Shown here one piece after another: positions 48,286 to 62,468 of a stretch of 64,000 nt of DNA. A program made the translations under genes and the position numbers. Every line of letters starts with the position of its first letter. Within the stretch, counting starts at the first letter, position 1. This DNA comes from Eledone cirrhosa (taxonomy: Eukaryota). A model generated the notes under the pieces. That model did no database searches, was not told the origin of the DNA, and saw nothing but the letters and a program-made list of their open reading frames with translations. The stretch spans positions 41,416,001 through 41,480,000 of the forward strand of contig OZ024752.1 in NCBI GenBank assembly GCA_964016885.1, written 5' to 3'.

Positions 48286-48909
48286 AATGTATGCATATAC
48301 AGAGGCGGTGACATGTTAGATATAGAGAGGGATAGAGTTTGGTTTTAGTAGATTCAGAGAAGGGGATTAAAGGAGAGTTTTGTGTGATAGACATAGAGCG
48401 GAGGAGAGTTTGGTGGCATTCTCGGGTCCCAAATAATAGGAGGGGAGGGGAAATAATGGGGGGGGGGCTTAGGAAATCGGTAATTTTATAGTGTACGTTC
48501 GTAAATATGGGATTTTTGTAATGTTCGTCTTTTGTCATATATAATGTTTTTTTTTAATGTAAAATAAAATAATTATTAGATTAGTAGAATCACTTACAAT
48601 AAAATTTCGCCGGAGATAGATTAGATTAGATTAGAAAATCGGGGCTAGGGTGGAAAAAATCTAACAAATTGATAAACGGGGAGTGGGGACGATTATTGAA
48701 GAGTACCTGAGAGTACGTGAATTATTGACGGACGTAAAAGTGAAAACTCAATACCGATGTAGAGTTTAAATATTCACTTATTATGGCTAAGCCTTGTTAC
48801 TCTGGAATCTCACCTGCGTACTCACCAGACAAGACTGATGATCCTGTGAGTGAGCAGGTGAAACTTTAGAATAACGAAGCTCACCAATAAATGAATGTAT
48901 GTATGTGAT

Positions 48910-48943
<34 letters not shown>

Positions 48944-49078
48944 GTAGATAAATCTACCAAGAGTTTACGGTAGTGTCCAATCCGTATGAAGAACTCAATG
49001 TAATCCGGATATCATGGAAAGAAGAGATGCAATGAAAAATCACTTTCGGTGAAAGATAAACGGAATACAGAGTCAAGA

Positions 49079-49531
49079 TAAAATATTTAAAAAATAATGA
49101 ATAAAACAATGAAACAGTTCCTTATATTAAACAAAAAAAGTTCATTATTTAACGATCGTTTCTAGGATATATATGTGTTAGAATTGGCATGCATATTCAA
49201 CAGATCTATGTACAAAATTATACAAAATTATACAAACTATCAAAATTAAATATACATACCAAACACATATATATGCCGTCTTCAGAAATAATCAGAAATA
49301 ATCAGAAATAATTCAGAAATAATCATTATTTCTGAAGACGGCATATATATGTGTTTGGTATGTATATTTAATTTTGATAGTTTGTATAATTTTGTATAAT
49401 TTTGTACATAGATCTGTTGAATATGCATGCCAATTCTAACACATATATATCCTAGAAACGATCGTTAAATAATGAACTTTTTTTGTTTAATATAAGGAAC
49501 TGTTTCATTGTTTTATTCATTATTTTTTTAA

Positions 49532-49538
<7 letters not shown>
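49079..49538. mobile_element. Family K foldback element, near-perfect inverted arms of about 213 bp
   Basis: 49079-49292 is the reverse complement of about 49325-49538. The spacer holds short cagaaataat repeats and the element abuts (TA)n. Confidence 0.85.
49323..49475 (+). ncRNA. Type I hammerhead with very long stem II, family K (mirror copy on minus at about 49142-49292)
   Basis: TCATTATTT-CTGAAGA-[about 116 nt, with ATATATATGTG pairing to CACATATATAT]-GAAAC(gatc)GTT-AAATAATGA, giving a 9-bp stem I. Confidence 0.78.
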
Positions 49539-49601
<63 letters not shown>

Positions 49602-49827
49602 GAATAAATTGGGTATAAAACCAGTTTCTTACCAAATGCTAAGAAGCTCGATATGTTAACTCCTTAGGAAATTTTGTTTTCATTATATATATATATTGTT
49701 ATACTTGGGTCATGTTGTCAATAAGAAACACGCGCACCAGTTGCTTTCACGCCATCTTGTTTCTTGAGAAACAAGATGGCGTAGGACAGAACAAAGGAGA
49801 GGCACAAAAACAAAGAAAAGAATCCCC

Positions 49828-49871
49828 AGTCACTGAAGAGGTCACAGAATGTGTGACGAAAGAACTTTGAC
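49828..49871 (+). ncRNA. Type I hammerhead motif, family O
   Basis: GTCA-CTGAAGA-g-GTCACA(gaatg)TGTGAC-GAAAG(aa)CTT-TGAC. Confidence 0.75.
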
Positions 49872-50082
49872 AATATATAAACAACCATCTGGTTGTGGAA
49901 CCAACCAACCAACCAACCGGAAATTTATAAATTCCTAAATTTATAAATTTATTATAATAAATTGAAGTGAAAGCAACTGGTGCGTGTGTTTCTTATTGGC
50001 AACATGACCCTCCCAAAGTATAACAATATCGGTTTCAACACACGTTTTCAGATAAAGAATCTTGCTAAACAAATTCAGAAAC

Positions 50083-50150
<68 letters not shown>

Positions 50151-50271
50151 AAGTTTGTCCTTCATCAGTGGTCTTCCAAAGCGATGAAATGCCTATGGCG
50201 GTTGGAAGACCACTGATGAAGGACAAACTTTTTCATATGTAACCCATTTGCAACGCCACAGCTCCATTATT

Positions 50272-50340
<69 letters not shown>

Positions 50341-50954
50341 TGGCGGTGGATTTGGGGAGGGGTGGGGGCGTGACCATCCCCCCTCCAATAATTATATTTT
50401 CTCCCCAAACTACCAAAATACACATCTATTTGGATAAGCGCTACAATGTAGATGCTAACATGTTATGTTTATCGCATATCGAAGTTTTCTGACCATTTTA
50501 GAGTGTAAAGAGCTAAATAAACTAATGAACTCCAAAAAGATTTTCCCTCAAGCAAAAAGAGTTATAAATTCTTTTGAATTAAATTTTAATTTCTTGAAAT
50601 TATTTCCCCTTTCCTTTGTAAGCTGCTGTTATTTGCCGCCAGGATTTTTCCCCCAGCTGGGAAGGGAAAATTTCAATTCACTTAAGATGTGATTACCGTG
50701 TGTCATTCTGTAATGCGTACACACTTAATTTATGATATATAACAGTGTGTGTGTGTGTGTGTGTGTATGTGTGTGTGTATGTATGTGTATGTATGTATGT
50801 ATGTGTGTGTGTCTGTGTGTCTCTCTCTCTCTCTTTCTCTTTCTCTTTCTCTCTCTCTATATATATATGTACATGTATCTCTCTCTCTATGTAATGTTAA
50901 GACAGAGAGTATGCAGTTTTGTTTTTTAGCTTTTTTCTCTTTCTTCCTTATCAT

Positions 50955-51007
<53 letters not shown>

Positions 51008-52238
51008 TTCTCTCTCTCTCGCTCTCTCGCTCTCACACACACACACAGACACACACACAGACTTTTTTTTACCTGAAAGCAAGGTTTTAAGGACTGAAAA
51101 ATATTGCTCTAGGGTAGAAATTTTGAATTGTGTCTGGTGTCGCTGTTAATCTAAAACTATCAAAGGAATTCTTCCCACCATCTTCCTTCTGTTCTCTCTC
51201 ACCGCTCTATATTGGAACAATCCCAACAGTTCTAGTTACAATGACACCGACGACTAAACTGATGGCACCTTGTTCTTTATTTTTGCGCTTTCATTTTAAT
51301 TATACTTTATTTTATTTTCCCCCTTTTTTTAGTTTTTGTTTGAATTCGTTTCGTTTTGTTTCATTTCGTTTTTTTTTTTTTTTTTGTAGTAGTTGTTCTT
51401 TTTATCTCCTTCTTTCCCTGTAAATGTAATTGCCTAAGAAAAAAAAAAGAAAGTAAATTTATCAAAGAGAGAAGGGAAAGTGAGATTAAATAAGCCCGGA
51501 ATCATCTTATTATTTCTCTTTCTGTAGTGAAGATGAAATATTCTAAGACAGAGATAACTAACTCTCTTGACTCTCTTAGAAGCCACTGTTTCGAATTCTA
51601 CGCAAGCGTTGTCATTATTGAGTTGATTGTTGTTGTTGTTGTTTTGGTTTTGTGTTTATTTCTATTAATATGCTTTCTGTTTGTTTGTTGTTATTTTTTC
51701 GTTTTCTTTTAGTGTATATATTAATATTTTTTCTTTATTTTTTTTTCTTATATCGTTGCATATTTTCTGTTCAATTTCTGAGAAAGACTCATTATCGCCT
51801 GTGTTTAACAAACAAACTGGTGACTCCACATGCACATACACAAAGAGAAGGAGGGGGAGAAGATGAATAGAGAGAGAGAGAGAGAGATCAAAGCGGGGAA
51901 AGAGATAAGCACACACAAAAAAATTACTAATGTAAAATGGGGGAAACAATTTCTTTTGGTATGTAGAGGGAAACCTTCGAAAATAAATTGCCATATTTTT
52001 CTCAAATTCGTTGGCATCGTGAGATATTTATTCTAAATTAGAAATTAAAACCATTTCGTGAACTCAGTTCCTGAAGAACACGTTTATTTCATCGATTTTG
52101 TGACAATACTTGTTTCACCAGAATTCAAACATCTGTACTGGATTAAACCGGCTTCGGAGTATCAAATATATATTGCATTTTTTATATAGTTATATCAGTA
52201 TAAATACATGTTTCCTTGTAGTTGACTGGATGATGTAC

Positions 52239-52283
52239 ACACCTTCTGATGAGAATCCAATTACATCCGAAAATCGAAGGTGT
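52239..52283 (+). ncRNA. Degenerate hammerhead remnant, family I
   Basis: ACACCTT-CTGATGA-GAAT(ccaattac)ATCC-GAAA-atcg-AAGGTGT. The 7-bp stem I is perfect, but stem III is missing. Confidence 0.5.
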
Positions 52284-53156
52284 TTATCATTATTTCAATT
52301 CACAAGGGCGGTGGATTGGCTGTATCGGTAGAGGGTCGAACGCCATACTTTGCAGCATAGAGTTACGGCCCTTTATGATCTGAGTTCAAATCCCGCCGAG
52401 GTTGACTTTGCCTTTCATCCTTATGGGGTCGATAAAATAAAGTACCAGTAATGTACTGGGTAATTTGCTAGCCTTGTGCCAAAAGTAGAAACAATTATTT
52501 CAATTCACAGGGAAATTCATATTTTCTGGCCTGTTTACATATTAAAAATGTGTATTTTTATCTACACATTGTTGCAGTCTCGGTTACACACTCTGTATTT
52601 CTACAGATACACCTTTATCTTACACTTCGTCTCCTAGCGCACTTCTTAATATATATAATAGACACAGGAACATATGTCAAAGGAAATAGATTCATAAGCT
52701 CTTCACGCCGACGTTTTATTTTTCTTGGTGCAATACTTGCTTATATATATATATATATATAAGACTTTAATGCTTATAATATTTCTCCACACACAGACTA
52801 TATCAATCATATAAAGACTTTGCCACCAGATCTACCAACCTAACACTCTTATTTACCTACCTAAGTGCCTCTACCACACATATCTCTCTGCCACACTATA
52901 TAAACAAGACGCACATGCGTGCCACACATATAACATTTGCACTATATAACCACTTATCTTCATGTACTTTAACCTATATCTTTGACTTTTGATTGTACCT
53001 ATTAATATAAATGTAATCTCGAAGTGTGTACTGCCACTCTAAATTCTGTAATGAATGTTGACCCACAATGTTTGAATATGTATCAATGTTTGAATATGTA
53101 TTGGTATGTCTCTCGGCTGAAAAGGAGGTCATATAACTGTCCATGCATTAATAAAT

Positions 53157-53203
53157 TGCTCCGAAGAATCCAAACCTCGGTTTGGAGGAAACAGCTGTAA
53201 GCA
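53157..53203 (+). ncRNA. Minimal type I hammerhead motif, family L (U4C core variant)
   Basis: TGCT-CCGAAGA-a-TCCAAACC(tc)GGTTTGGA-g-GAAAC(agct)GTA-AGCA, with a palindromic AGCT loop. It lies inside a roughly 640-bp unique insert between (TA)n tracts (52760-53405). Confidence 0.7.
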
Positions 53204-53404
53204 CAATAATGTTTTGAACAGTTCTTTGATTCTTATATTTCATATAACTGCTCTGTAAATCATCTGATGTTTTTACATTGAGCTACTTAACTTACTGGTA
53301 ATAAGGTAGTAATACATTACTGCCTACCACTATTTAGGGTGTGTGTAAAATACTTACAACTGCTTAAGGTTTTGTGTTTACATAACCATAAATAGTATAA
53401 CTAA

Positions 53405-53478
<74 letters not shown>

Positions 53479-53590
53479 AGGGAGCGTAACTTGGAGTTAC
53501 TGTAGGTTGAGCACTCTATGTTTCGGTTCACGTCAGTATCGAGGTGTAGAGCTAGACAGAGTGTATTATAGTGAAAAGATAACAAGGACA

Positions 53591-53732
53591 ATTGGTTACC
53601 CCATCATTACATTTATTGGTTGGTGACGCGCGTTTCGCCACTGATCAGCTCAAGGTTCGATCTGTATCGATCTTACCCGACTCTGTAATCCGCGGCTCAC
53701 CAACCAATAAATGTAATGAAGGAGTAACCAAT
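53591..53732 (-). mobile_element. Family M hairpin element with hammerhead 3' half
   Basis: Terminal inverted repeats of about 36 bp. The minus strand has GTGGC-GAAAC(gcgc)GTC-ACCAACC and a GGTTGGT-GA-GCC 5' side lacking CTGAT. Confidence 0.6.
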
Positions 53733-53784
53733 CGTCCTTGTTATCTTTTCACTATATATATATATATATATGTGTATATATATA

Positions 53785-53877
<93 letters not shown>

Positions 53878-54065
53878 CGAAGGAGGTGTGGTAAGGAACC
53901 AGATGGACCATAACGCACCAGAGTACTCAATACTTAGGGTAGTAGAGTGGGTAATAGGAAAATGCTAGACCCCGACGGCAGAGCTCAAGCCATTTCGACG
54001 GCTATTTCAGTCCAGAAATAGCCGTCGAAACGGCTTGAGCTCTGCCGTCGGGAGTCTAACATTTT

Positions 54066-54161
<96 letters not shown>

Positions 54162-54634
54162 GGATAAAGGATAAAAATCCGATGCCTCCTTGTGCTTGTG
54201 GAGTCGTAGAGGCACCATCATACAGTGTGTCTGGGGTACTTTTAAACCTGGCGGAGCCCAACCCTTTCCAGGTCTGAACATAGCCGATTCTTTCTATAGA
54301 GGAAGAATCAACCCCAGTAATGGACTGGAACTTTTTTTATTGACCTAAGGTACTCAATCCATTAGTAAAGTGTAAATATCAAGTTTAATATAGAAATGGC
54401 TTTTACGAGGCTAAAACTGTTCCATTCAAAAGAAATCACCAGGAAAGCTTTCCTCGTGATTTCTTTTGAATGAAACAGTTCTAGTCCTGTAGAAGCCATT
54501 TCTATATTAAATATTTATACTCTGCTATGTATTGAGTACCTTACTTACTGTGGTTACCCCGATTGAACCTGGGATAAACATATATATATATATAGCGTAT
54601 GTTGGTTAAATTCCCATATATATATAGAGAGAGA

Positions 54635-54720
<86 letters not shown>

Positions 54721-54963
54721 GATAAATTTATATATATATATATATATATAAATATAACGAAGGAAATGTGGTAAGGAACCAGGTGGACCATAACGCACCA
54801 AAGTACTCAATACTTGGGGTAGTAGAGTGGGTAATAGGAACCAGTAAGACCCCGACAGCTGAGCTCAAGCCGTTTCAACGGCTAATTCTGGACCCCGGCT
54901 AATTCAGTCCAGAATTAGCCGTCGAAACGGCTTGAGCTCAGCTGTCGGGGTCTTACTGGTTCC

Positions 54964-55037
<74 letters not shown>

Positions 55038-55144
55038 TATATAAATATAATTTCAGCGAGATTCGAATTTCGACTGTGGTCGAAAACAAAGCGAAACGCA
55101 ATATCTGAGTTATGCTGGCAAGCGCTCCATGGACCAAATAAAGA

Positions 55145-55274
<130 letters not shown>

Positions 55275-56155
55275 CAGATTCCATTCAATTTAATATTTAA
55301 TAGCAAAAATATAATCTAAACTGCAATCTTTTCTGTAATCTTCTTCAATTTTGACTTTTAAACATGTACATGTATGTGTTTGTATATATATGTATGTGTA
55401 TGTGTGTATACTTGTGTGTTACACTAGTTTTAAATTTTTGAATTTGGGTGGAGTAGATGTATATATATGTGTGTGTGTCTGTTTGTCTGTGTGTGTGTAT
55501 CTGTGTCTGTGTGATTTTAAGGATTTTAATTCTTTCAAAATATAGTTTACAGATTACACACCTATATATATAAAAAATAAATTCAAATATTTGTCTTTCC
55601 TCTTTACTTTTTTTGTTTGTTATTTTTTTTTTTTGGCTTTGTTTTTTCCATCTTTTTGAAAATTTTAAAACTCATCTTCTAAAAAGAAAAGTAGTAAAAC
55701 TTTTGACTTTAGAAATTTTAAAATAAAATTTCATTTTATTTTTAATTCAATTAAATTTAAATTCATTTCAGTCTTCAAATGAGCTGATGTCGCTAATATC
55801 TCCTTTTTTTCCATGTTGTTCTTCTCTTCTTCTTCTTCTTCTTCCTCTCTTTGGTTTGTTAGTTTGGTTGGTTTGGTTTGGTTTGGTTGGCTGGTTAGTT
55901 GGTTGGTTGGTGTTTTTGACTTGTGTGGTTGGTCTTTCTTATTTGGTGACGACGCTTATTTGTTGTTTAGTGTGTGACTCGTATTCCCCCCTCTTCCTCT
56001 TCTTCCTCCTCCCCCCTCCTCCTCCGCCTCATCATCCTCATCCTCCTCATCTTCTTCCTGCTTTGCTGCTGGTGCTGATGGTTCTGCTGATAGCAGAGCC
56101 GAGTCTCCTACTCTTCTCTACGCTTCTCTTACTAAATTATTTATTTATCATTATT

Positions 56156-56203
<48 letters not shown>

Positions 56204-56567
56204 GTTGTCGTTGTTATTATTATTTTTCAAACTTTTTTTATTCAATTTTTTTTTTATTATTTTTCTTTTTTTATTTTTACATTTTATTTTTTTTACGTCA
56301 TCATTTTTTTTTTAAACTTTATTTGAAGACTTTTTTACTTTTATATATATTTAAATTTAAAAAAAAAACAAAAAAACAAAAAAAAAACAGACGGAATAAA
56401 CAAACAAATTACCTCCCTTTATTTTTATATACTTTTTATATTTTTTCAATGAGGTGTTTTATGACTTCCTTTAGAAAAAATGTTATGTTTTTAGTGGATT
56501 TTACTCCGACATTTTTTTCTATTTTGTCTTTGGTATTTTTTTTAAATATTTTTATCATATTTTTCTG

Positions 56568-56605
<38 letters not shown>

Positions 56606-56997
56606 TATATATAATATATATATATATGGGGTGGGTGCCTTTATGTTTTTCATAGATTTGGGGGGGGGGGTCTGTAATGCGAGGGTTGTAAATCCCAAGT
56701 GGAAGATTTTTTTTGTTCTTTAGCTTGTTGGTTTGTTTCTATTTTTATGCTTAATCTACACACACACACACACACACGCACGCAAACACTCACACACACA
56801 CATACACACACATACACGCAAACACTCACGCACGCACGCCAATATATACATGCACACACACACACACACACACACACACCAACACTCATACACACACCTA
56901 CACACACGTCCAAACTCACACACCTACATATACATGCACACGCACACACCAACACACATACACGCGTGCACACACACATCAACACACAAACACGAAT

Positions 56998-57034
<37 letters not shown>

Positions 57035-57605
57035 AACACCAACATACACCAAGACACATACACGCGTGCACACACACACATCAACACACAAACACGAATG
57101 CACACACACCAACACATCACACCAACACCAACATACACCAAGACACATACACGCGTGCACACCAACACACATACACACCAACACACACCAACACACCCAC
57201 ACACATACACATACACACATACACACCAACACACACCAACACACACACACACATATATACTTTACAGTCGCCATCAATCTGTTTCCTTTGAAGCAGCGGG
57301 CTTCTGGGAGAGAAAGTATGGTCGTCTGCCGTCATTCTATGTTGGTCGTCTGTTGTCGTATGTTGGTCGTCTGCTTGGTTGGTGTGTGTCACTCTTCACT
57401 CACTCTCTTCCATTGTTGTTTTTACTTGGTTTTATTTTGTTTCTTGTTAATTTTGTTCTTCATTTTGTTCATTTTATCTGTTGTTATCTTTCTTTCTTTT
57501 TTTTTTTCTAATTTGTTTCTTTTTTTTTTTGTTGCTTTTCTTTGTTTTATTATTTGTTTGTTTTTTGGATATTATTTTGATTATTTGTTTCTCTCTAAGC
57601 AGACA

Positions 57606-57690
<85 letters not shown>

Positions 57691-57698
57691 TATATATA

Positions 57699-57749
57699 AG
57701 CTCCCTGATGATTTCTCACGAATGAAACAGTTCCAGTCCTGTAGAAGCT
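57699..57749 (+). ncRNA. Type I hammerhead motif, family A
   Basis: AGCTCC-CTGATGA-TTTC(tcac)GAAT-GAAACAG(ttccagtc)CT-GTA-GAAGCT, with one stem I mismatch. Confidence 0.75.
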
Positions 57750-57848
57750 CTTCTATATTAAAACATATATATATATATATTATATATATATATATATATA
57801 TTATACATATATATATTATATATATATATATTATATATATTATATATA

Positions 57849-57911
<63 letters not shown>

Positions 57912-57955
57912 GTATATATATATATATATATATATATACGAAAGTCGATCGACTG

Positions 57956-58003
<48 letters not shown>

Positions 58004-58253
58004 CAGTCGATCGACTTTCGTCAAATCGGACCGAGGAAACAATGTTTCCATTGGTCTTTCCAATTGCTAATACTATCTATCGGTCGCAACTCCAGGTAGA
58101 AGGAGCACCGTGAAATGAAGTGTCTTGCTCAAGGACATAACGCATCGCCCAGTCCGGGAAGTGAACGTACGACCTCACGATTGCGAATCCAATACTCTTC
58201 TCCAACCACTCAGCCACGCGCCTTCACAAATATATATATATATATATAAACAC

Positions 58254-58398
<145 letters not shown>

Positions 58399-58481
58399 AT
58401 AATAATAAATTTGAAGACTAAAATCCAAAGAGGGCTCGATAAGGATAAATATATATCAAATATATAAGAACCGTAGAGCAA

Positions 58482-58567
<86 letters not shown>

Positions 58568-58593
58568 GGTTACACAACAGTTAGTTCACCATG

Positions 58594-58633
58594 CCTAGAA
58601 CAATTGTTTCACCTTAGCAGGTCCTCAGCTCGG
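58594..58633 (-). ncRNA. Minimal type I hammerhead motif, family P (head-to-head with a partial plus copy at 58636-58670)
   Basis: Reverse complement reads CCGAG-CTGAGGA-cct(gcta)aggt-GAAAC(aatt)GTT-CTAGG, with a palindromic AATT loop. Confidence 0.72.
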
Positions 58634-58764
58634 AAATGACGATCCGCTAAGGTGAAACAATTGTTCTCGGTATGGTGAACTAACTGTTGTGTAACCACTT
58701 CTACCTAACTCATCCCTTGGACTGGGTGCTCTACCACTACGGATATTACCTTCCAGTGTTCTAC

Positions 58765-58805
<41 letters not shown>

Positions 58806-58928
58806 CTAAGGCGGGTAAAATTCCCGAGATCCATGGACGAGTTCTCTCCAGCGGTCTCTGTCCCTCATTATCGCTGCCATGTCCTGCGTCTCCAACAGAC
58901 CAACATACGTTAACCTTGGTCTTCCTCT

Positions 58929-58930
<2 letters not shown>
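58806..58930 (-). mobile_element. RTE-like LINE 3' fragment
   Basis: Minus strand reads [40 protein letters not shown], matching the RTE C-terminal RGRP...DRxxWR pattern. Confidence 0.65.
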
Positions 58931-59010
<80 letters not shown>

Positions 59011-59028
59011 CTTACCACATTTCCTTCG

Positions 59029-59062
<34 letters not shown>

Positions 59063-59247
59063 CGAAGGAAATGTGGTAAGGAACCAGATGGACCATAACG
59101 CACCAAAGTACTCAATGCTTAGGGTAGTAGAATGGATAATAGGAACAAGTATGACCCCGTTGGCAGAGCTCAAGCCGTCAGGGGGGGGGGGGGTCATACT
59201 TGGCACACTGGCCCAATTTTAAACTGTTTTCTAATTTTTAACTGTCG

Positions 59248-59280
<33 letters not shown>

Positions 59281-59281
<1 letters not shown>

Positions 59282-59872
59282 TTCTTCTTCGCCCACTTAT
59301 TCCTGAGATTGTTGTTGGAGGGCAGAGTCCTCAAAGGCTTCTTCCTGCGGGTCCTATCAGAAGCAATCGTCTGTTGTTCTTATCTCTAAAATAGTTTAAT
59401 GAAACCATAAAACGTTTAACTAAATATAAAGGAATTTGTACTGAAACTTTGCATAGAAATGGTCTCACTGTTCTTCTTCTTCTTCGCCCACTTATTCCTG
59501 AGATTGTTGTTGGAGGGCAGAGTCGAGTCCTCAAAGACTTCTCCCATCGGGTCCTATCAGAAGCAATCGTCTGTTGTTCTTATCTCTAAAATAGTTTAAT
59601 GAAACCATAAAACGTTTAACTAAATATAAAGGAATTTGTACTGAAACTTTGCATAGAAATGGTCTCACTGTTCTTCTTCTTCTTCGCCCACTTATTCCTG
59701 AGATTGTTGTTGGAGGGCAGAGTCGAGTCCTCAAAGACTTCTCCCATCGGGTCCTATCAGAAGCAATCGTCTGTTGTTCTTATCTCTAAAATAGTTTAAT
59801 GAAACCATAAAACGTTTAACTAAATATAAAGGAATTTGTACTGAAACTTTGCATAGAAATGCTCTCACTGTT
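59281..59872. repeat. 200-bp tandem repeat, 3 copies
   Basis: Unit cttcttcgcccacttattcctgag...gcatagaaatg(g/c)tctcactgtt. The array ends about 30 bp before the 59904 exon. Confidence 0.95.
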
Positions 59873-59903
59873 GTTTCATTTGATTTTCCTATTTTCTTCA
59901 CAG

Positions 59904-60004
59904 TTTGTCGTTGGCGAGGATGGTGTGTGTGGATTGAACTACGAACATTCACCTTCCGAAGGCATCGCTGTCGTGCAGTTAGTGGAGCATACTCTCAAGT
60001 ATAT
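59904..60004 (+). CDS. ChAT: Choline O-acetyltransferase, 101-bp exon with catalytic histidine
   Basis: Acceptor ttttcttcacag and donor gtaagt. Translates FVVGEDGVCGLNYEHSPSEGIAVVQLVEHTLKY. The catalytic EHSxxEG His codon is at 59946-59948. Confidence 0.96.
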
Positions 60005-60410
60005 GTAAGTATTAACTTATTTTCAAATTATATGTATGTTTGTTATCAGTGACTAATGAAATCATTAGCTGACGGGAGTTCAGTAAAAAAATTTAGTGAT
60101 TGCTAGGGTGCTTGACTAGCGACTAATAAATCCACGACCTGTATCAGGCGCTGTAGTGTGTCTAGGCCACGTGGTTTAACTCATATGATTGAGTTCATCT
60201 AGCTATTTATTAGAAACCTTAAGTAGTTAATCGCTACTTTTTTAAACAACAGTTGTACTGACTCAACTGGCGCGTATATATTAAGCTTCAGTGAAAAGCT
60301 CGGCTCAAATCCAGTCGTTTCAGTAGAATGAAAGGATAGACTCCATTAGGCTAAGTTACTCTCTATATAGTGTGGAAGTCGAGGTCTTTAGTTATGTGTT
60401 AATGACACAA

Positions 60411-62468
60411 TAGGTTCTAGAACTGACCACACCAAATGTCTTACAAAAGTTAGGTAGCTTTACTTATTACAACTTTGATACCAAGGTCCATCCGTACATT
60501 ACTGTTAAGTGAAACGTTTGTTTTAGTTCATAGACGTTCAGACAACACCTCGAGCTATTCGCTTCTCGTTGATACAAACGGCCCTCCAATGGATTGGTTT
60601 TTCAAACTGGTGTAGTTCTGCCTGTGTCAGATACACAAAGAGTCTATAGAAACTGGGGATTAAAATAGGTTCTAGAACTGACCACACCAAATGTCTTACA
60701 AAAGTTAGGTAGCTTTACTTATTACAACTTTGATACCAAGGACCATCCGTACATTACTGTTAAGTGAAACGTTTGTTTTAGTTCATAGACGTTCAGACAA
60801 CACCTCGAGCTATTCGCTTCTCGTTGATACAAACGGCCCTCCAATGGATTGGTTTTTCAAACTGGTGTAGTTCTGCCTGTGTCAGATACACAAAAGAGTC
60901 TATAGAAACTGGGGATTAAAATAGGTTCTAGAACTGACCACACCAAATGTCTTACAAAAGTTAGGTAGCTTTACTTATTACAACTTTGATACCAAGGACC
61001 ATCCGTACATTACTGTTAAGTGAAACGTTTGTTTTAGTTCATAGACGTTCAGACAACACCTCGAGCTATTCGCTTCTCGTTGATACAAACGGCCCTCCAA
61101 TGGATTGGTTTTTCAAACTGGTGTAGTTCTGCCTGTGTCAGATACACAAAGAGTCTATAGAAACTGGGGATTAAAATAGGTTCTAGAACTGACCACACCA
61201 AATGTCTTACAAAAGTTAGGTAGCTTTACTTATTACAACAGCTTTGATACCAAGGTCCATCCGTACATTACTGTTAAGTGAAACGTTTGTTTTAGTTCAT
61301 AAACGTTCAGACAACACCTCGAGCTATTCGCTTCTCGTTGATACAAACGGCCCTCCAATGGATTGGTTTTTCAAACTGGTGTAGTTCTGCCTGTGTCAGA
61401 TACACAAAGAGTCTATAGAAACTGGGGATTAAAATAGGTTCTAGAACTGACCACACCAAATGTCTTACAAAAGTTAGGTAGCTTTACTTATTACAACTTT
61501 GATACCAAGGTCCATCCGTACATTACTGTTAAGTGAAACGTTTGTTTTAGTTCATAGACGTTCAGACAACACCTCGAGCTATTCGCTTCTCGTTGATACA
61601 AACGGCCCTCCAATGGATTGGTTTTTCAAACTGGTGTAGTTCTGCCTGTGTCAGATACACAAAAGAGTCTATAGAAACTGGGGATTAAAAATAGGTTCTA
61701 GAACTGACCACACCAAATGTCTTACAAAAGTTAGGTAGCTTTACTTATCACAACAGCTTTGATACCAAGGTCCATCCGTACATTACTGTTAAGTGAAACG
61801 TTTGTTTTAGTTCATAGACGTTCAGACAACACCTCGAGATATTCGCTTCTCGTTGATACAAACGGCCCTCCAATGGATTGGTTTTTCAAACTGGTGTAGT
61901 TCTGCCTGTGTCAGATACACAAAGAGTCTATAGAAACTGGGGATTAAAATAGGTTCTAGAACTGACCACACCAAATGTCTTACAAAAGTTAGGTAGCTTT
62001 ACTTATTACAACAAATTTGATACCAAGGTCCATCCGTACATTACTGTTAAGTGAAACGTTTGTTTTAGTTCATAGACGTTCAGACAACACCTCGAGCTAT
62101 TCGCTTCTCGTTGATACAAACGGCCCTCCAATGGATTGGTTTTTCAAACTGGTGTAGTTCTGCCTGTGTCAGATACACAAAAGAGTCTATAGAAACTGGG
62201 GATTAAAATAGGTTCTAGAACTGACCACACCAAATGTCTTACAAAAGTTAGGTAGCTTTACTTATTACAAAAACTTTGATACCAAGGTCCATCCGTACAT
62301 TACTGTTAAGTGAAACGTTTGTTTTAGTTCATAGACGTTCAGACAACACCTCGAGCTATTCGCTTCTCGTTGATACAAACGGCCCTCCAATGGATTGGTT
62401 TTTCAAACTGGTGTAGTTCTGCCTGTGTCAGATACACAAAAGAGTCTATAGAAACTGGGGATTAAAAA
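60411..62468. repeat. Tandem repeat of 255-260 bp, 8 copies
   Basis: Unit starts taggttctagaactgacc at 60411, 60666, 60922, 61177, 61435, 61692, 61950 and 62209; copies are nearly identical. Confidence 0.97.

Noticed and set aside
60411-62468. 256-bp array as a hammerhead retrozyme (contains GAAACGTT)
   Set aside because: No CUGANGA core or closing stem I is visible.
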